The notes beneath the pieces were generated by a model. It saw only the letters and a list, made by a program, of their open reading frames with translations, searched no databases and had not been told where the DNA came from. 64,000 bases of DNA from Mayamaea pseudoterrestris (taxonomy: Eukaryota): contig BROI01000010.1 in assembly GCA_027923505.1 (NCBI GenBank), positions 992,001 to 1,056,000 on the forward strand. The letters run 5' to 3'. A program made the position numbers and the translations under genes. Shown piece by piece: positions 13,101-28,100 of the stretch (position 1 is the first letter of the stretch; every line of letters starts with the position of its first letter).

Positions 13101-16100
13101 TATGGAATCATACCACTACAATGCCCCATGCCCTGGCCACCCAACAACCCAATGAGTCAGGCAAAACATGTCCAGGGTGTGCCATTGACATGAGGATGGG
13201 CTGAAATGGTGCAAAACGGACTGCCTGGAGGCCTACACCATCTGCAAAATGGGTGTGGCCAACACCGCAAATTATGGAATCATACCACTACAATGCCCCG
13301 TCCCCTGATCACCCAACAACCCAATGAGTCATGCAAAACATGTCCAGGGTGTGCCATTGACATGAGGATGGTCTGACATGGTACAAAACGGACTGCCTGG
13401 AGGCCTACAGCATGGAATGGTCTACAAGATGGGTGTGGCCAACACCCCAAATTATGGAATCATACCACTACAATGCCCCATGCCCTGGCCACCCAACAAC
13501 CCAATGAGTCAGGCAAAACATGTCCAGGGTGTGCCATTGACATGAGGATGGGCTGAAATGGTGCAAAACGGACTGCCTGGAGGCCTACACCATCTGCAAA
13601 ATGGGTGTGGCCAACACCGCAAATTATGGAATCATACCACTACAATGCCCCGTCCCCTGATCACCCAACAACCCAATGAGTCATGCAAAACATGTCCAGG
13701 GTGTGCCATTGACATGAGGATGGTCTGACATGGTACAAAACGGACTGCCTGGAGGCCTACAGCATGGAATGGTCTACAAGATGGGTGTGGCCAACACCCC
13801 AAATTATGGAATCATACCACTACAATGCCCCATGCCCTGGCCACCCAACAACCCAATGAGTCAGGCAAAACATGTCCAGGGTGTGCCATTGACATGAGGA
13901 TGGGCTGAAATGGTGCAAAACGGACTGCCTGGAGGCCTACACCATCTGCAAAATGGGTGTGGCCAACACCGCAAATTATGGAATCATACCACTACAATGC
14001 CCCGTCCCTGATCACCCAACAACCCAATGAGTCATGCAAAACATGTCCAGGGTGTGCCATTGACATGAGGATGGTCTGACATGGTACAAAACGGACTGCC
14101 TGGAGGCCTACAGCATGGAATGGTCTACAAGATGGGTGTGGCCAACACCCCAAATTATGGAATCATACCACTACAATGCCCCATGCCCTGGCCACCCAAC
14201 AACCCAATGAGTCAGGCAAAACATGTCCAGGGTGTGCCATTGACATGAGGATGGGCTGAAATGGTGCAAAACGGACTGCCTGGAGGCCTACACCATCTGC
14301 AAATGGGTGTGGCCAACACCGCAAATTATGGAATCATACCACTACAATGCCCCCTTCCCCTGATCACCAAACAACCCATGAGTCATGCAAAACATGTCCA
14401 GGGTGTGCCATTGACATGAGGATGGTCTGACATGGTACAAAACGGACTGCCTGGAGGCCTACAGCATGGAATGGTCTACAAGATGGGTGTGGCCAACACC
14501 CCAAATTATGGAATCATACCACTACAATGCCCCATGCCCTGGCCACCCAACAACCCAATGAGTCAGGCAAAACATGTCCAGGGTGTGCCATTGACATGAG
14601 GATGGGCTGAAATGGTGCAAAACGGACTGCCTGGAGGCCTACACCATCTGCAAAATGGGTGTGGCCAACACCGCAAATTATGGAATCATACCACTACAAT
14701 GCCCCGCCCCCTGATCACCCAACAACCCAATGAGTCATGCAAAACATGTCCAGGGTGTGCCATTGACATGAGGATGGTCTGACATGGTACAAAACGGACT
14801 GCCTGGAGGCCTACAGCATGGAATGGTCTACAAGATGGGTGTGGCCAACACCCCAAATTATGGAATCATACCACTACAATGCCCCATGCCCTGGCCACCC
14901 AACAACCCAATGAGTCAGGCAAAACATGTCCAGGGTGTGCCATTGACATGAGGATGGGCTGAAATGGTGCAAAACGGACTGCCTGGAGGCCTACACCATC
15001 TGCAAAATGGGTGTGGCCAACACCGCAAATTATGGAATCATACCACTACAATGCCCCGCCCCCTGATCACCCAACAACCCAATGAGTCATGCAAAACATG
15101 TCCAGGGTGTGCCATTGACATGAGGATGGTCTGACATGGTACAAAACGGACTGCCTGGAGGCCTACAGCATGGAATGGTCTACAAGATGGGTGTGGCCAA
15201 CACCCCAAATTATGGAATCATACCACTACAATGCCCCATGCCCTGGCCACCCAACAACCCAATGAGTCAGGCAAAACATGTCCAGGGTGTGCCATTGACA
15301 TGAGGATGGGCTGAAATGGTGCAAAACGGACTGCCTGGAGGCCTACACCATCTGCAAAATGGGTGTGGCCAACACCGCAAATTATGGAATCATACCACTA
15401 CAATGCCCCGCCCCCTGATCACCCAACAACCCAATGAGTCATGCAAAACATGTCCAGGGTGTGCCATTGACATGAGGATGGTCTGACATGGTACAAAAAC
15501 GGACTGCCTGAGGCCTACAGCATGGAATGGTCTACAAGATGGGTGTGGCCAACACCCCAAATTATGGAATCATACCACTACAATGCCCCATGCCCTGGCC
15601 ACCCAACAACCCAATGAGTCAGGCAAAACATGTCCAGGGTGTGCCATTGACATGAGGATGGGCTGAAATGGTGCGTTCGGACTGACTGGAGGCCTACACC
15701 ATCTGCAAAATGGGTGTGGCCAACACCGCAAATTATGGAATCATACCACTACAATGCCCCGTCCCCTGATCACCCAACAACCCAATGAGTCATGCAAAAC
15801 ATGTCCAGGGTGTGCCATTGACATGAGGATGGTCTGACATGGTACAAAACGGACTGCCTGGAGGCCTACAGCATGGAATGGTCTACAAGATGGGTGTGGC
15901 CAACACCCCAAATTATGGAATCATACCACTACAATGCCCCATGCCCTGGCCACCCAACAACCCAATGAGTCAGGCAAAACATGTCCAGGGTGTGCCATTG
16001 ACATGAGGATGGGCTGAAATGGTGCAAAACGGACTGCCTGGAGGCCTACACCATCTGCAAAATGGGTGTGGCCAACACCGCAAATTATGGAATCATACCA

Positions 16101-19100
16101 CTACAATGCCCCGTCCCCTGATCACCCAACAACCCAATGAGTCATGCAAAACATGTCCAGGGTGTGCCATTGACATGAGGATGGTCTGACATGGTACAAA
16201 ACGGACTGCCTGGAGGCCTACAGCATGGAATGGTCTACAAAATGGGTGTGGCCAACACCCCAAATTATGGAATCATACCACTACAATGCCCCATGCCCTG
16301 GCCACCCAACAACCCAATGAGTCAGGCAAAACATGTCCAGGGTGTGCCATTGACATGAGGATGGGCTGAAATGGTGCAAAACGGACTGCCTGGAGGCCTA
16401 CACCATCTGCAAAATGGGTGTGGCCAACACCGCAAATTATGGAATCATACCACTACAATGCCCCGTCCCCTGATCACCCAACAACCCAATGAGTCATGCA
16501 AAACATGTCCAGGGTGTGCCATTGACATGAGGATGGTCTGACATGGTACAAAACGGACTGCCTGGAGGCCTACAGCATGGAATGGTCTACAAGATGGGTG
16601 TGGCCAACACCCCAAATTATGGAATCATACCACTACAATGCCCCATGCCCTGGCCACCCAACAACCCAATGAGTCAGGCAAAACATGTCCAGGGTGTGCC
16701 ATTGACATGAGGATGGGCTGAAATGGTGCAAAACGGACTGCCTGGAGGCCTACACCATCTGCAAAATGGGTGTGGCCAACACCGCAAATTATGGAATCAT
16801 ACCACTACAATGCCCCGCCCCCTGATCACCCAACAACCCAATGAGTCATGCAAAACATGTCCAGGGTGTGCCATTGACATGAGGATGGTCTGACATGGTA
16901 CAAAACGGACTGCCTGGAGGCCTACAGCATGGAATGGTCTACAAGATGGGTGTGGCCAACACCCCAAATTATGGAATCATACCACTACAATGCCCCATGC
17001 CCTGGCCACCCAACAACCCAATGAGTCAGGCAAAACATGTCCAGGGTGTGCCATTGACATGAGGATGGGCTGAAATGGTGCAAAACGGACTGCCTGGAGG
17101 CCTACACCATCTGCAAAATGGGTGTGGCCAACACCGCAAATTATGGAATCATACCACTACAATGCCCCGCCCCCTGATCACCCAACAACCCAATGAGTCA
17201 TGCAAAACATGTCCAGGGTGTGCCATTGACATGAGGATGGTCTGACATGGTACAAAACGGACTGCCTGGAGGCCTACAGCATGGAATGGTCTACAAGATG
17301 GGTGTGGCCAACACCCCAAATTATGGAATCATACCACTACAATGCCCCATGCCCTGGCCACCCAACAACCCAATGAGTCAGGCAAAACATGTCCAGGGTG
17401 TGCCATTGACATGAGGATGGGCTGAAATGGTGCAAAACGGACTGCCTGGAGGCCTACACCATCTGCAAATGGGTGTGGCCAACACCGCAAATTATGGAAT
17501 CATACCACTACAATGCCCCGTCCCCTGATCACCCAACAAACCAATGAGTCATGCAAAACATGTCCAGGGTGTGCCATTGACATGAGGATGGTCTGACATG
17601 GTACAAAACGGACTGCCTGGAGGCCTACAGCATGGAATGGTCTACAAGATGGGTGTGGCCAACACCCCAAATTATGGAATCATACCACTACAATGCCCCA
17701 TGCCCTGGCCACCCAACAACCCAATGAGTCAGGCAAAACATGTCCAGGGTGTGCCATTGACATGAGGATGGGCTGAAATGGTGCAAAACGGACTGCCTGG
17801 AGGCCTACACCATCTGCAAAATGGGTGTGGCCAACACCGCAAATTATGGAATCATACCACTACAATGCCCCGTCCCTTGATCACCCAACAACCCAATGAG
17901 TCATGCAAAACATGTCCAGGGTGTGCCATTGACATGAGGATGGTCTGACATGGTAAAAAAACGGACTGCCTGGAGGCCTACAGCATGGAATGGTCTACAA
18001 GATGGGTGTGGCCAACACCCCAAATTATGGAATCATACCACTACAATGCCCCATGCCCTGGCCACCCAACAACCCAATGAGTCAGGCAAAACATGTCCAG
18101 GGTGTGCCATTGACATGAGGATGGGCTGAAATGGTGCAAAACGGACTGCCTGGAGGCCTACACCATCTGCAAAATGGGTGTGGCCAACACCGCAAATTAT
18201 GGAATCATACCACTACAATGCCCCGTCCCCTGATCACCCAACAACCCAATGAGTCATGCAAAACATGTCCAGGGTGTGCCATTGACATGAGGATGGTCTG
18301 ACATGGTACAAAACGGACTGCCTGGAGGCCTACAGCATGGAATGGTCTACAAGATGGGTGTGGCCAACACCCCAAATTATGGAATCATACCACTACAATG
18401 CCCCATGCCCTGGCCACCCAACAACCCAATGAGTCAGGCAAAACATGTCCAGGGTGTGCCATTGACATGAGGATGGGCTGAAATGGTGCAAAACGGACTG
18501 CCTGGAGGCCTACACCATCTGCAAAATGGGTGTGGCCAACACCGCAAATTATGGAATCATACCACTACAATGCCCCGCCCCCTGATCACCCAACAACCCA
18601 ATGAGTCATGCAAAACATGTCCAGGGTGTGCCATTGACATGAGGATGGTCTGACATGGTACAAAACGGACTGCCTGGAGGCCTACAGCATGGAATGGTCT
18701 ACAAGATGGGTGTGGCCAACACCCCAAATTATGGAATCATACCACTACAATGCCCCATGCCCTGGCCACCCAACAACCCAATGAGTCAGGCAAAACATGT
18801 CCAGGGTGTGCCATTGACATGAGGATGGGCTGAAATGGTGCAAAACGGACTGCCTGGAGGCCTACACCATCTGCAAAATGGGTGTGGCCAACACCGCAAA
18901 TTATGGAATCATACCACTACAATGCCCCGTCCCCTGATCACCCAACAACCCAATGAGTCATGCAAAACATGTCCAGGGTGTGCCATTGACATGAGGATGG
19001 TCTGACATGGTACAAAACGGACTGCCTGGAGGCCTACAGCATGGAATGGTCTACAAGATGGGTGTGGCCAACACCCCAAATTATGGAATCATACCACTAC

Positions 19101-22100
19101 AATGCCCCATGCCCTGGCCACCCAACAACCCAATGAGTCAGGCAAAACATGTCCAGGGTGTGCCATTGACATGAGGATGGGCTGAAATGGTGCAAAACGG
19201 ACTGCCTGGAGGCCTACACCATCTGCAAAATGGGTGTGGCCAACACCGCAAATTATGGAATCATACCACTACAATGCCCCGTCCCCTGATCACCCAACAA
19301 CCCAATGAGTCATGCAAAACATGTCCAGGGTGTGCCATTGACATGAGGATGGTCTGACATGGTACAAAACGGACTGCCTGGAGGCCTACAGCATGGAATG
19401 GTCTACAAGATGGGTGTGGCCAACACCCCAAATTATGGAATCATACCACTACAATGCCCCATGCCCTGGCCACCCAACAACCCAATGAGTCAGGCAAAAC
19501 ATGTCCAGGGTGTGCCATTGACATGAGGATGGGCTGAAATGGTGCAAAACGGACTGCCTGGAGGCCTACACCATCTGCAAAATGGGTGTGGCCAACACCG
19601 CAAATTATGGAATCATACCACTACAATGCCCCGCCCCCTGATCACCCAACAACCCAATGAGTCATGCAAAACATGTCCAGGGTGTGCCATTGACATGAGG
19701 ATGGTCTGACATGGTACAAAACGGACTGCCTGGAGGCCTACAGCATGGAATGGTCTACAAGATGGGTGTGGCCAACACCCCAAATTATGGAATCATACCA
19801 CTACAATGCCCCATGCCCTGGCCACCCAACAACCCAATGAGTCAGGCAAAACATGTCCAGGGTGTGCCATTGACATGAGGATGGGCTGAAATGGTGCAAA
19901 ACGGACTGCCTGGAGGCCTACACCATCTGCAAAATGGGTGTGGCCAACACCGCAAATTATGGAATCATACCACTACAATGCCCCGTCCCCTGATCACCCA
20001 ACAACCCAATGAGTCATGCAAAACATGTCCAGGGTGTGCCATAGACATGAGGATGGTCTGACATGGTACAAAACGGACTGCCTGAGGCCAACAGCATGGA
20101 ATGGTCTACAAGATGGGTGTGGCCAACACCCCAAATTATGGAATCATACCACTACAATGCCCCATGCCCTGGCCACCCAACAACCCAATGAGTCAGGCAA
20201 AACATGTCCAGGGTGTGCCATTGACATGAGGATGGGCTGAAATGGTGCAAAACGGACTGCCTGGAGGCCTACACCATCTGCAAAATGGGTGTGCAAAAAA
20301 CCGCAAATTATGGAATCATACCACTACAATGCCCCGTCCCCTGATCACCCAACAACCCAATGAGTCATGCAAAACATGTCCAGGGTGTGCCATTGACATA
20401 AGGATGGTCTGACATGGTACAAAACGGACTGCCTGGAGGCCTACAGCATGGAATGGTCTACAAGATGGGTGTGGCCAACACCCCAAATTATGGAATCATA
20501 CCACTACAATGCCCCATGCCCTGGCCACCCAACAACCCAATGAGTCAGGCAAAACATGTCCAGGGTGTGCCATTGACATGAGGATGGGCTGAAATGGTGC
20601 AAAACGGACTGCCTGGAGGCCTACACCATCTGCAAAATGGGTGTGGCCAACACCGCAAATTATGGAATCATACCACTACAATGCCCCGTCCCCTGATCAC
20701 CCAACAACCAATGAGTCATGCAAAACATGTCCAGGGTGTGCCATTGACATGAGGATGGTCTGACATGGTAAAAAAACGGACTGCCTGGAGGCCTACAGCA
20801 TGGAATGGTCTACAAGATGGGTGTGGCCAACACCCCAAATTATGGAATCATACCACTACAATGCCCCATGCCCTGGCCACCCAACAACCCAATGAGTCAG
20901 GCAAAACATGTCCAGGGTGTGCCATTGACATGAGGATGGGCTGAAATGGTGCAAAACGGACTGCCTGGAGGCCTACACCATCTGCAAAATGGGTGTGGCC
21001 AACACCGCAAATTATGGAATCATACCACTACAATGCCCCGTCCCTTGATCACCCAACAACCCAATGAGTCATGCAAAACATGTCCAGGGTGTGCCATTGA
21101 CATGAGGATGGTCTGACATGGTACAAAACGGACTGCCTGGAGGCCTACAGCATGGAATGGTCTACAAGATGGGTGTGGCCAACACCCCAAATTATGGAAT
21201 CATACCACTACAATGCCCCATGCCCTGGCCACCCAACAACCCAATGAGTCAGGCAAAACATGTCCAGGGTGTGCCATTGACATGAGGATGGGCTGAAATG
21301 GTGCAAAACGGACTGCCTGGAGGCCTACACTATCTGCAAAATGGGTGTGGCCAACACCGCAAATTATGGAATCATACCACTACAATGCCCCGTCCCCTGA
21401 TCACCCTACAACCCAATGAGTCATGCAAAACATGTCCAGGGTGTGCCATTGACATGAGGATGGTCTGACATGGTACAAAACACGGACTGCCTGGAGGCCT
21501 ACAGCATGGAATGGTCTACAAGATGGGTGTGGCCAACACCCCAAATTATGGAATCATACCACTACAATGCCCCATGCCCTGGCCACCCAACAACCCAATG
21601 AGTCAGGCAAAACATGTCCAGGGTGTGCCATTGACATGAGGATGGGCTGAAATGGTGCAAAACGGACTGCCTGGAGGCCTACACCATCTGCAAAATGGGT
21701 GTGGCCAACACCGCAAATTATGGAATCATACCACTACAATGCCCCGTCCCTGATCACCCAACAACCAATGAGTCATGCAAAACATGTCCAGGGTGTGCCA
21801 TTGACATGAGGATGGTCTGACATGGTACAAAACGGACTGCCTGGAGGCCTACAGCATGGAATGGTCTACAAGATGGGTGTGGCCAACACCCCAAATTATG
21901 GAATCATACCACTACAATGCCCCATGCCCTGGCCACCCAACAACCAATGAGTCAGGCAAAACATGTCCAGGGTGTGCCATTGACATGAGGATGGGCTGAA
22001 ATGGTGCAAAACGGACTGCCTGGAGGCCTACACCATCTGCAAAATGGGTGTGGCCAACACCGCAAATTATGGAATCATACCACTACAATGCCCCGTCCCT

Positions 22101-25100
22101 TGATCACCCAACAACCCAATGAGTCATGCAAAACATGTCCAGGGTGTGCCATTGACATGAGGATGGTCTGACATGGTACAAAAACGGATGCCTGGAGGCT
22201 ACAGCATGGAATGGTCACAAGATGGGTGTGGCCAACACCCCAAATTATGGAATCATACCACTACAATGCCCCATGCCCTGGCCACCCAACAACCCAATGA
22301 GTCAGGCAAAACATGTCCAGGGTGTGCCATTGACATGAGGATGGGCTGAAATGGTGCAAAACGGACTGCCTGGAGGCCTACACCATCTGCAAAATGGGTG
22401 TGGCCAACACCGCAAATTATGGAATCATACCACTACAATGCCCCGTCCCCTGATCACCCAACAACCCAATGAGTCATGCAAAACATGTCCAGGGTTTCCT
22501 ATTGACATGCGGATGGTCTGGCATGGTACAAAACGGACTGCCTGGAGGCCTACAGCATGGAATGGTCTACAAGATGGGTGTGGCCAACACCCCAAATTAT
22601 GGAATCATACCACTACAATGCCCCATGCCCTGGCCACCCAACAACCCAATGAGTCAGGCAAAACATGTCCAGGGTGTGCCATTGACATGAGGATGGGCTG
22701 AAATGGTGCAAAACGGACTGCCTGGAGGCCTACACCATCTGCAAAATGGGTGTGGCCAACACCGCAAATTATGGAATCATACCACTACAATGCCCCGTCC
22801 CCTGATCACCCAACAACCCAATGAGTCATGCAAAACATGTCCAGGGTGTGCCATTGACATGAGGATGGTCTGACATGGTACAAAACGGACTGCCTGGAGG
22901 CCTACAGCATGGAATGGTCTACAAGATGGGTGTGGCCAACACCCCAAATTATGGAATCATACCACTACAATGCCCCATGCCCTGGCCACCCAACAACCCA
23001 ATGAGTCAGGCAAAACATGTCCAGGGTGTGCCATTGACATGAGGATGGGCTGAAATGGTGCAAAACGGACTGCCTGGAGGCCTACACCATCTGCAAAATG
23101 GGTGTGGCCAACACCGCAAATTATGGAATCATACCACTACAATGCCCCGTCCCCTGATCACCCAACAACCCAATGAGTCATGCAAAACATGTCCAGGGTG
23201 TGCCATTGACATGAGGATGGTCTGACATGGTACAAAACGGACTGCCTGGAGGCCTACAGCATGGAATGGTCTACAAGATGGGTGTGGCCAACACCCCAAA
23301 TTATGGAATCATACCACTACAATGCCCCATGCCCTGGCCACCCAACAACCCAATGAGTCAGGCAAAACATGTCCAGGGTGTGCCATTGACATGAGGATGG
23401 GCTGAAATGGTGCAAAACGGACTGCCTGGAGGCCTACACCATCTGCAAAATGGGTGTGGCCAACACCGCAAATTATGGAATCATACCACTACAATGCCCC
23501 GTCCCCTGATCACCCAACAACCCAATGAGTCATGCAAAACATGTCCAGGGTGTGCCATTGACATGAGGATGGTCTGACATGGTACAAAACGGACTGCCTG
23601 GAGGCCTACAGCATGGAATGGTCTACAAGATGGGTGTGGCCAACACCCCAAATTATGGAATCATACCACTACAATGCCCCATGCCCTGGCCACCCAACAA
23701 CCCAATGAGTCAGGCAAAACATGTCCAGGGTGTGCCATTGACATGAGGATGGGCTGAAATGGTGCAAAACGGACTGCCTGGAGGCCTACACCATCTGCAA
23801 AATGGGTGTGGCCAACACCGCAAATTATGGAATCATACCACTACAATGCCCCGTCCCCTGATCACCCAACAACCCAATGAGTCATGCAAAACATGTCCAG
23901 GGTGTGCCATTGACATGAGGATGGTCTGACATGGTACAAAACGGACTGCCTGGAGGCCTACAGCATGGAATGGTCTACAAGATGGGTGTGGCCAACACCC
24001 CAAATTATGGAATCATACCACTACAATGCCCCATGCCCTGGCCACCCAACAACCCAATGAGTCAGGCAAAACATGTCCAGGGTGTGCCATTGACATGAGG
24101 ATGGGCTGAAATGGTGCAAAACGGACTGCCTGGAGGCCTACACCATCTGCAAAATGGGTGTGGCCAACACCGCAAATTATGGAATCATACCACTACAATG
24201 CCCCGTCCCCTGATCACCCAACAACCCAATGAGTCATGCAAAACATGTCCAGGGTGTGCCATTGACATGAGGATGGTCTGACATGGTACAAAACGGACTG
24301 CCTGGAGGCCTACAGCATGGAATGGTCTACAAGATGGGTGTGGCCAACACCCCAAATTATGGAATCATACCACTACAATGCCCCATGCCCTGGCCACCCA
24401 ACAACCCAATGAGTCAGGCAAAACATGTCCAGGGTGTGCCATTGACATGAGGATGGGCTGAAATGGTGCAAAACGGACTGCCTGGAGGCCTACACTATCT
24501 GCAAAATGGGTGTGGCCAACACCGCAAATTATGGAATCATACCACTACAATGCCCCGTCCCCTGATCACCCAACAACCCAATGAGTCATGCAAAACATGT
24601 CCAGGGTGTGCCATTGACATGAGGATGGTCTGACATGGTACAAAACGGACTGCCTGGAGGCCTACAGCATGGAATGGTCTACAAGATGGGTGTGGCCAAC
24701 ACCCCAAATTATGGAATCATACCACTACAATGCCCCATGCCCTGGCCACCCAACAACCCAATGAGTCAGGCAAAACATGTCCAGGGTGTGCCATTGACAT
24801 GAGGATGGGCTGAAATGGTGCAAAACGGACTGCCTGGAGGCCTACACCATCTGCAAAATGGGTGTGGCCAACACCGCAAATTATGGAATCATACCACTAC
24901 AATGCCCCGTCCCCTGATCACCCAACAACCCAATGAGTCATGCAAAACATGTCCAGGGTGTGCCATTGACATGAGGATGGTCTGACATGGTACAAAACGG
25001 ACTGCCTGGAGGCCTACAGCATGGAATGGTCTACAAGATGGGTGTGGCCAACACCCCAAATTATGGAATCATACCACTACAATGCCCCATGCCCTGGCCA

Positions 25101-28100
25101 CCCAACAACCCAATGAGTCAGGCAAAACATGTCCAGGGTGTGCCATTGACATGAGGATGGGCTGAAATGGTGCAAAACGGACTGCCTGGAGGCCTACACC
25201 ATCTGCAAAATGGGTGTGGCCAACACCGCAAATTATGGAATCATACCACTACAATGCCCCGTCCCCTGATCACCCAACAACCCAATGAGTCATGCAAAAC
25301 ATGTCCAGGGTGTGCCATTGACATGAGGATGGTCTGACATGGTACAAAACGGACTGCCTGGAGGCCTACAGCATGGAATGGTCTACAAGATGGGTGTGGC
25401 CAACACCCCAAATTATGGAATCATACCACTACAATGCCCCATGCCCTGGCCACCCAACAACCCAATGAGTCAGGCAAAACATGTCCAGGGTGTGCCATTG
25501 ACATGAGGATGGGCTGAAATGGTGCAAAACGGACTGCCTGGAGGCCTACACCATCTGCAAAATGGGTGTGGCCAACACCGCAAATTATGGAATCATACCA
25601 CTACAATGCCCCGTCCCCTGATCACCCAACAACCCAATGAGTCATGCAAAACATGTCCAGGGTGTGCCATTGACATGAGGATGGTCTGACATGGTACAAA
25701 ACGGACTGCCTGGAGGCCTACAGCATGGAATGGTCTACAAGATGGGTGTGGCCAACACCCCAAATTATGGAATCATACCACTACAATGCCCCATGCCCTG
25801 GCCACCCAACAACCCAATGAGTCAGGCAAAACATGTCCAGGGTGTGCCATTGACATGAGGATGGGCTGAAATGGTGCAAAACGGACTGCCTGGAGGCCTA
25901 CACCATCTGCAAAATGGGTGTGGCCAACACCGCAAATTATGGAATCATACCACTACAATGCCCCGTCCCCTGATCACCCAACAACCCAATGAGTCATGCA
26001 AAACATGTCCAGGGTGTGCCATTGACATGAGGATGGTCTGACATGGTACAAAACGGACTGCCTGGAGGCCTACAGCATGGAATGGTCTACAAGATGGGTG
26101 TGGCCAACACCCCAAATTATGGAATCATACCACTACAATGCCCCATGCCCTGGCCACCCAACAACCCAATGAGTCAGGCAAAACATGTCCAGGGTGTGCC
26201 ATTGACATGAGGATGGGCTGAAATGGTGCAAAACGGACTGCCTGGAGGCCTACACCATCTGCAAAATGGGTGTGGCCAACACCGCAAATTATGGAATCAT
26301 ACCACTACAATGCCCCGTCCCCTGATCACCCAACAACCCAATGAGTCATGCAAAACATGTCCAGGGTGTGCCATTGACATGAGGATGGTCTGACATGGTA
26401 CAAAACGGACTGCCTGGAGGCCTACAGCATGGAATGGTCTACAAGATGGGTGTGGCCAACACCCCAAATTATGGAATCATACCACTACAATGCCCCATGC
26501 CCTGGCCACCCAACAACCCAATGAGTCAGGCAAAACATGTCCAGGGTGTGCCATTGACATGAGGATGGGCTGAAATGGTGCAAAACGGACTGCCTGGAGG
26601 CCTACACCATCTGCAAAATGGGTGTGGCCAACACCGCAAATTATGGAATCATACCACTACAATGCCCCGTCCCCTGATCACCCAACAACCCAATGAGTCA
26701 TGCAAAACATGTCCAGGGTGTGCCATTGACATGAGGATGGTCTGACATGGTACAAAACGGACTGCCTGGAGGCCTACAGCATGGAATGGTCTACAAGATG
26801 GGTGTGGCCAACACCCCAAATTATGGAATCATACCACTACAATGCCCCATGCCCTGGCCACCCAACAACCCAATGAGTCAGGCAAAACATGTCCAGGGTG
26901 TGCCATTGACATGAGGATGGGCTGAAATGGTGCAAAACGGACTGCCTGGAGGCCTACACCATCTGCAAAATGGGTGTGGCCAACACCGCAAATTATGGAA
27001 TCATACCACTACAATGCCCCGTCCCCTGATCACCCAACAACCCAATGAGTCATGCAAAACATGTCCAGGGTGTGCCATTGACATGAGGATGGTCTGACAT
27101 GGTACAAAACGGACTGCCTGGAGGCCTACAGCATGGAATGGTCTACAAGATGGGTGTGGCCAACACCCCAAATTATGGAATCATACCACTACAATGCCCC
27201 ATGCCCTGGCCACCCAACAACCCAATGAGTCAGGCAAAACATGTCCAGGGTGTGCCATTGACATGAGGATGGGCTGAAATGGTGCAAAACGGACTGCCTG
27301 GAGGCCTACACCATCTGCAAAATGGGTGTGGCCAACACCGCAAATTATGGAATCATACCACTACAATGCCCCGTCCCCTGATCACCCAACAACCCAATGA
27401 GTCATGCAAAACATGTCCAGGGTGTGCCATTGACATGAGGATGGTCTGACATGGTACAAAACGGACTGCCTGGAGGCCTACAGCATGGAATGGTCTACAA
27501 GATGGGTGTGGCCAACACCCCAAATTATGGAATCATACCACAAATGCCCCAGGCCCTGCCACCCAACAACCCAATGAGTCAGGCAAAACATGTCCAGGGT
27601 GTGCCATTGACATGAGGATGGGCTGAAATGGTGCAAAACGGACTGCCTGGAGGCCTACACCATCTGCAAAATGGGTGTGGCCAACCCCGCAAATTATGGA
27701 ATCATACCACTACAATGCCCCGTCCCCTGATCACCCAACAACCCAATGAGTCATGCAAAACATGTCCAGGGTGTGCCATTGACATGAGGATGGTCTGACA
27801 TGGTACAAAACGGACTGCCTGGAGGCCTACAGCATGGAATGGTCTACAAGATGGGTGTGGCCAACACCCCAAATTATGGAATCATACCACTACAATGCCC
27901 CATGCCCTGGCCACCCAACAACCCAATGAGTCAGGCAAAACATGTCCAGGGTGTGCCATTGACATGAGGATGGGCTGAAATGGTGCAAAACGGACTGCCT
28001 GGAGGCCTACACCATCTGCAAAATGGGTGTGGCCAACACCGCAAATTATGGAATCATACCACTACAATGCCCCGTCCCCTGATCACCCAACAACCCAATG

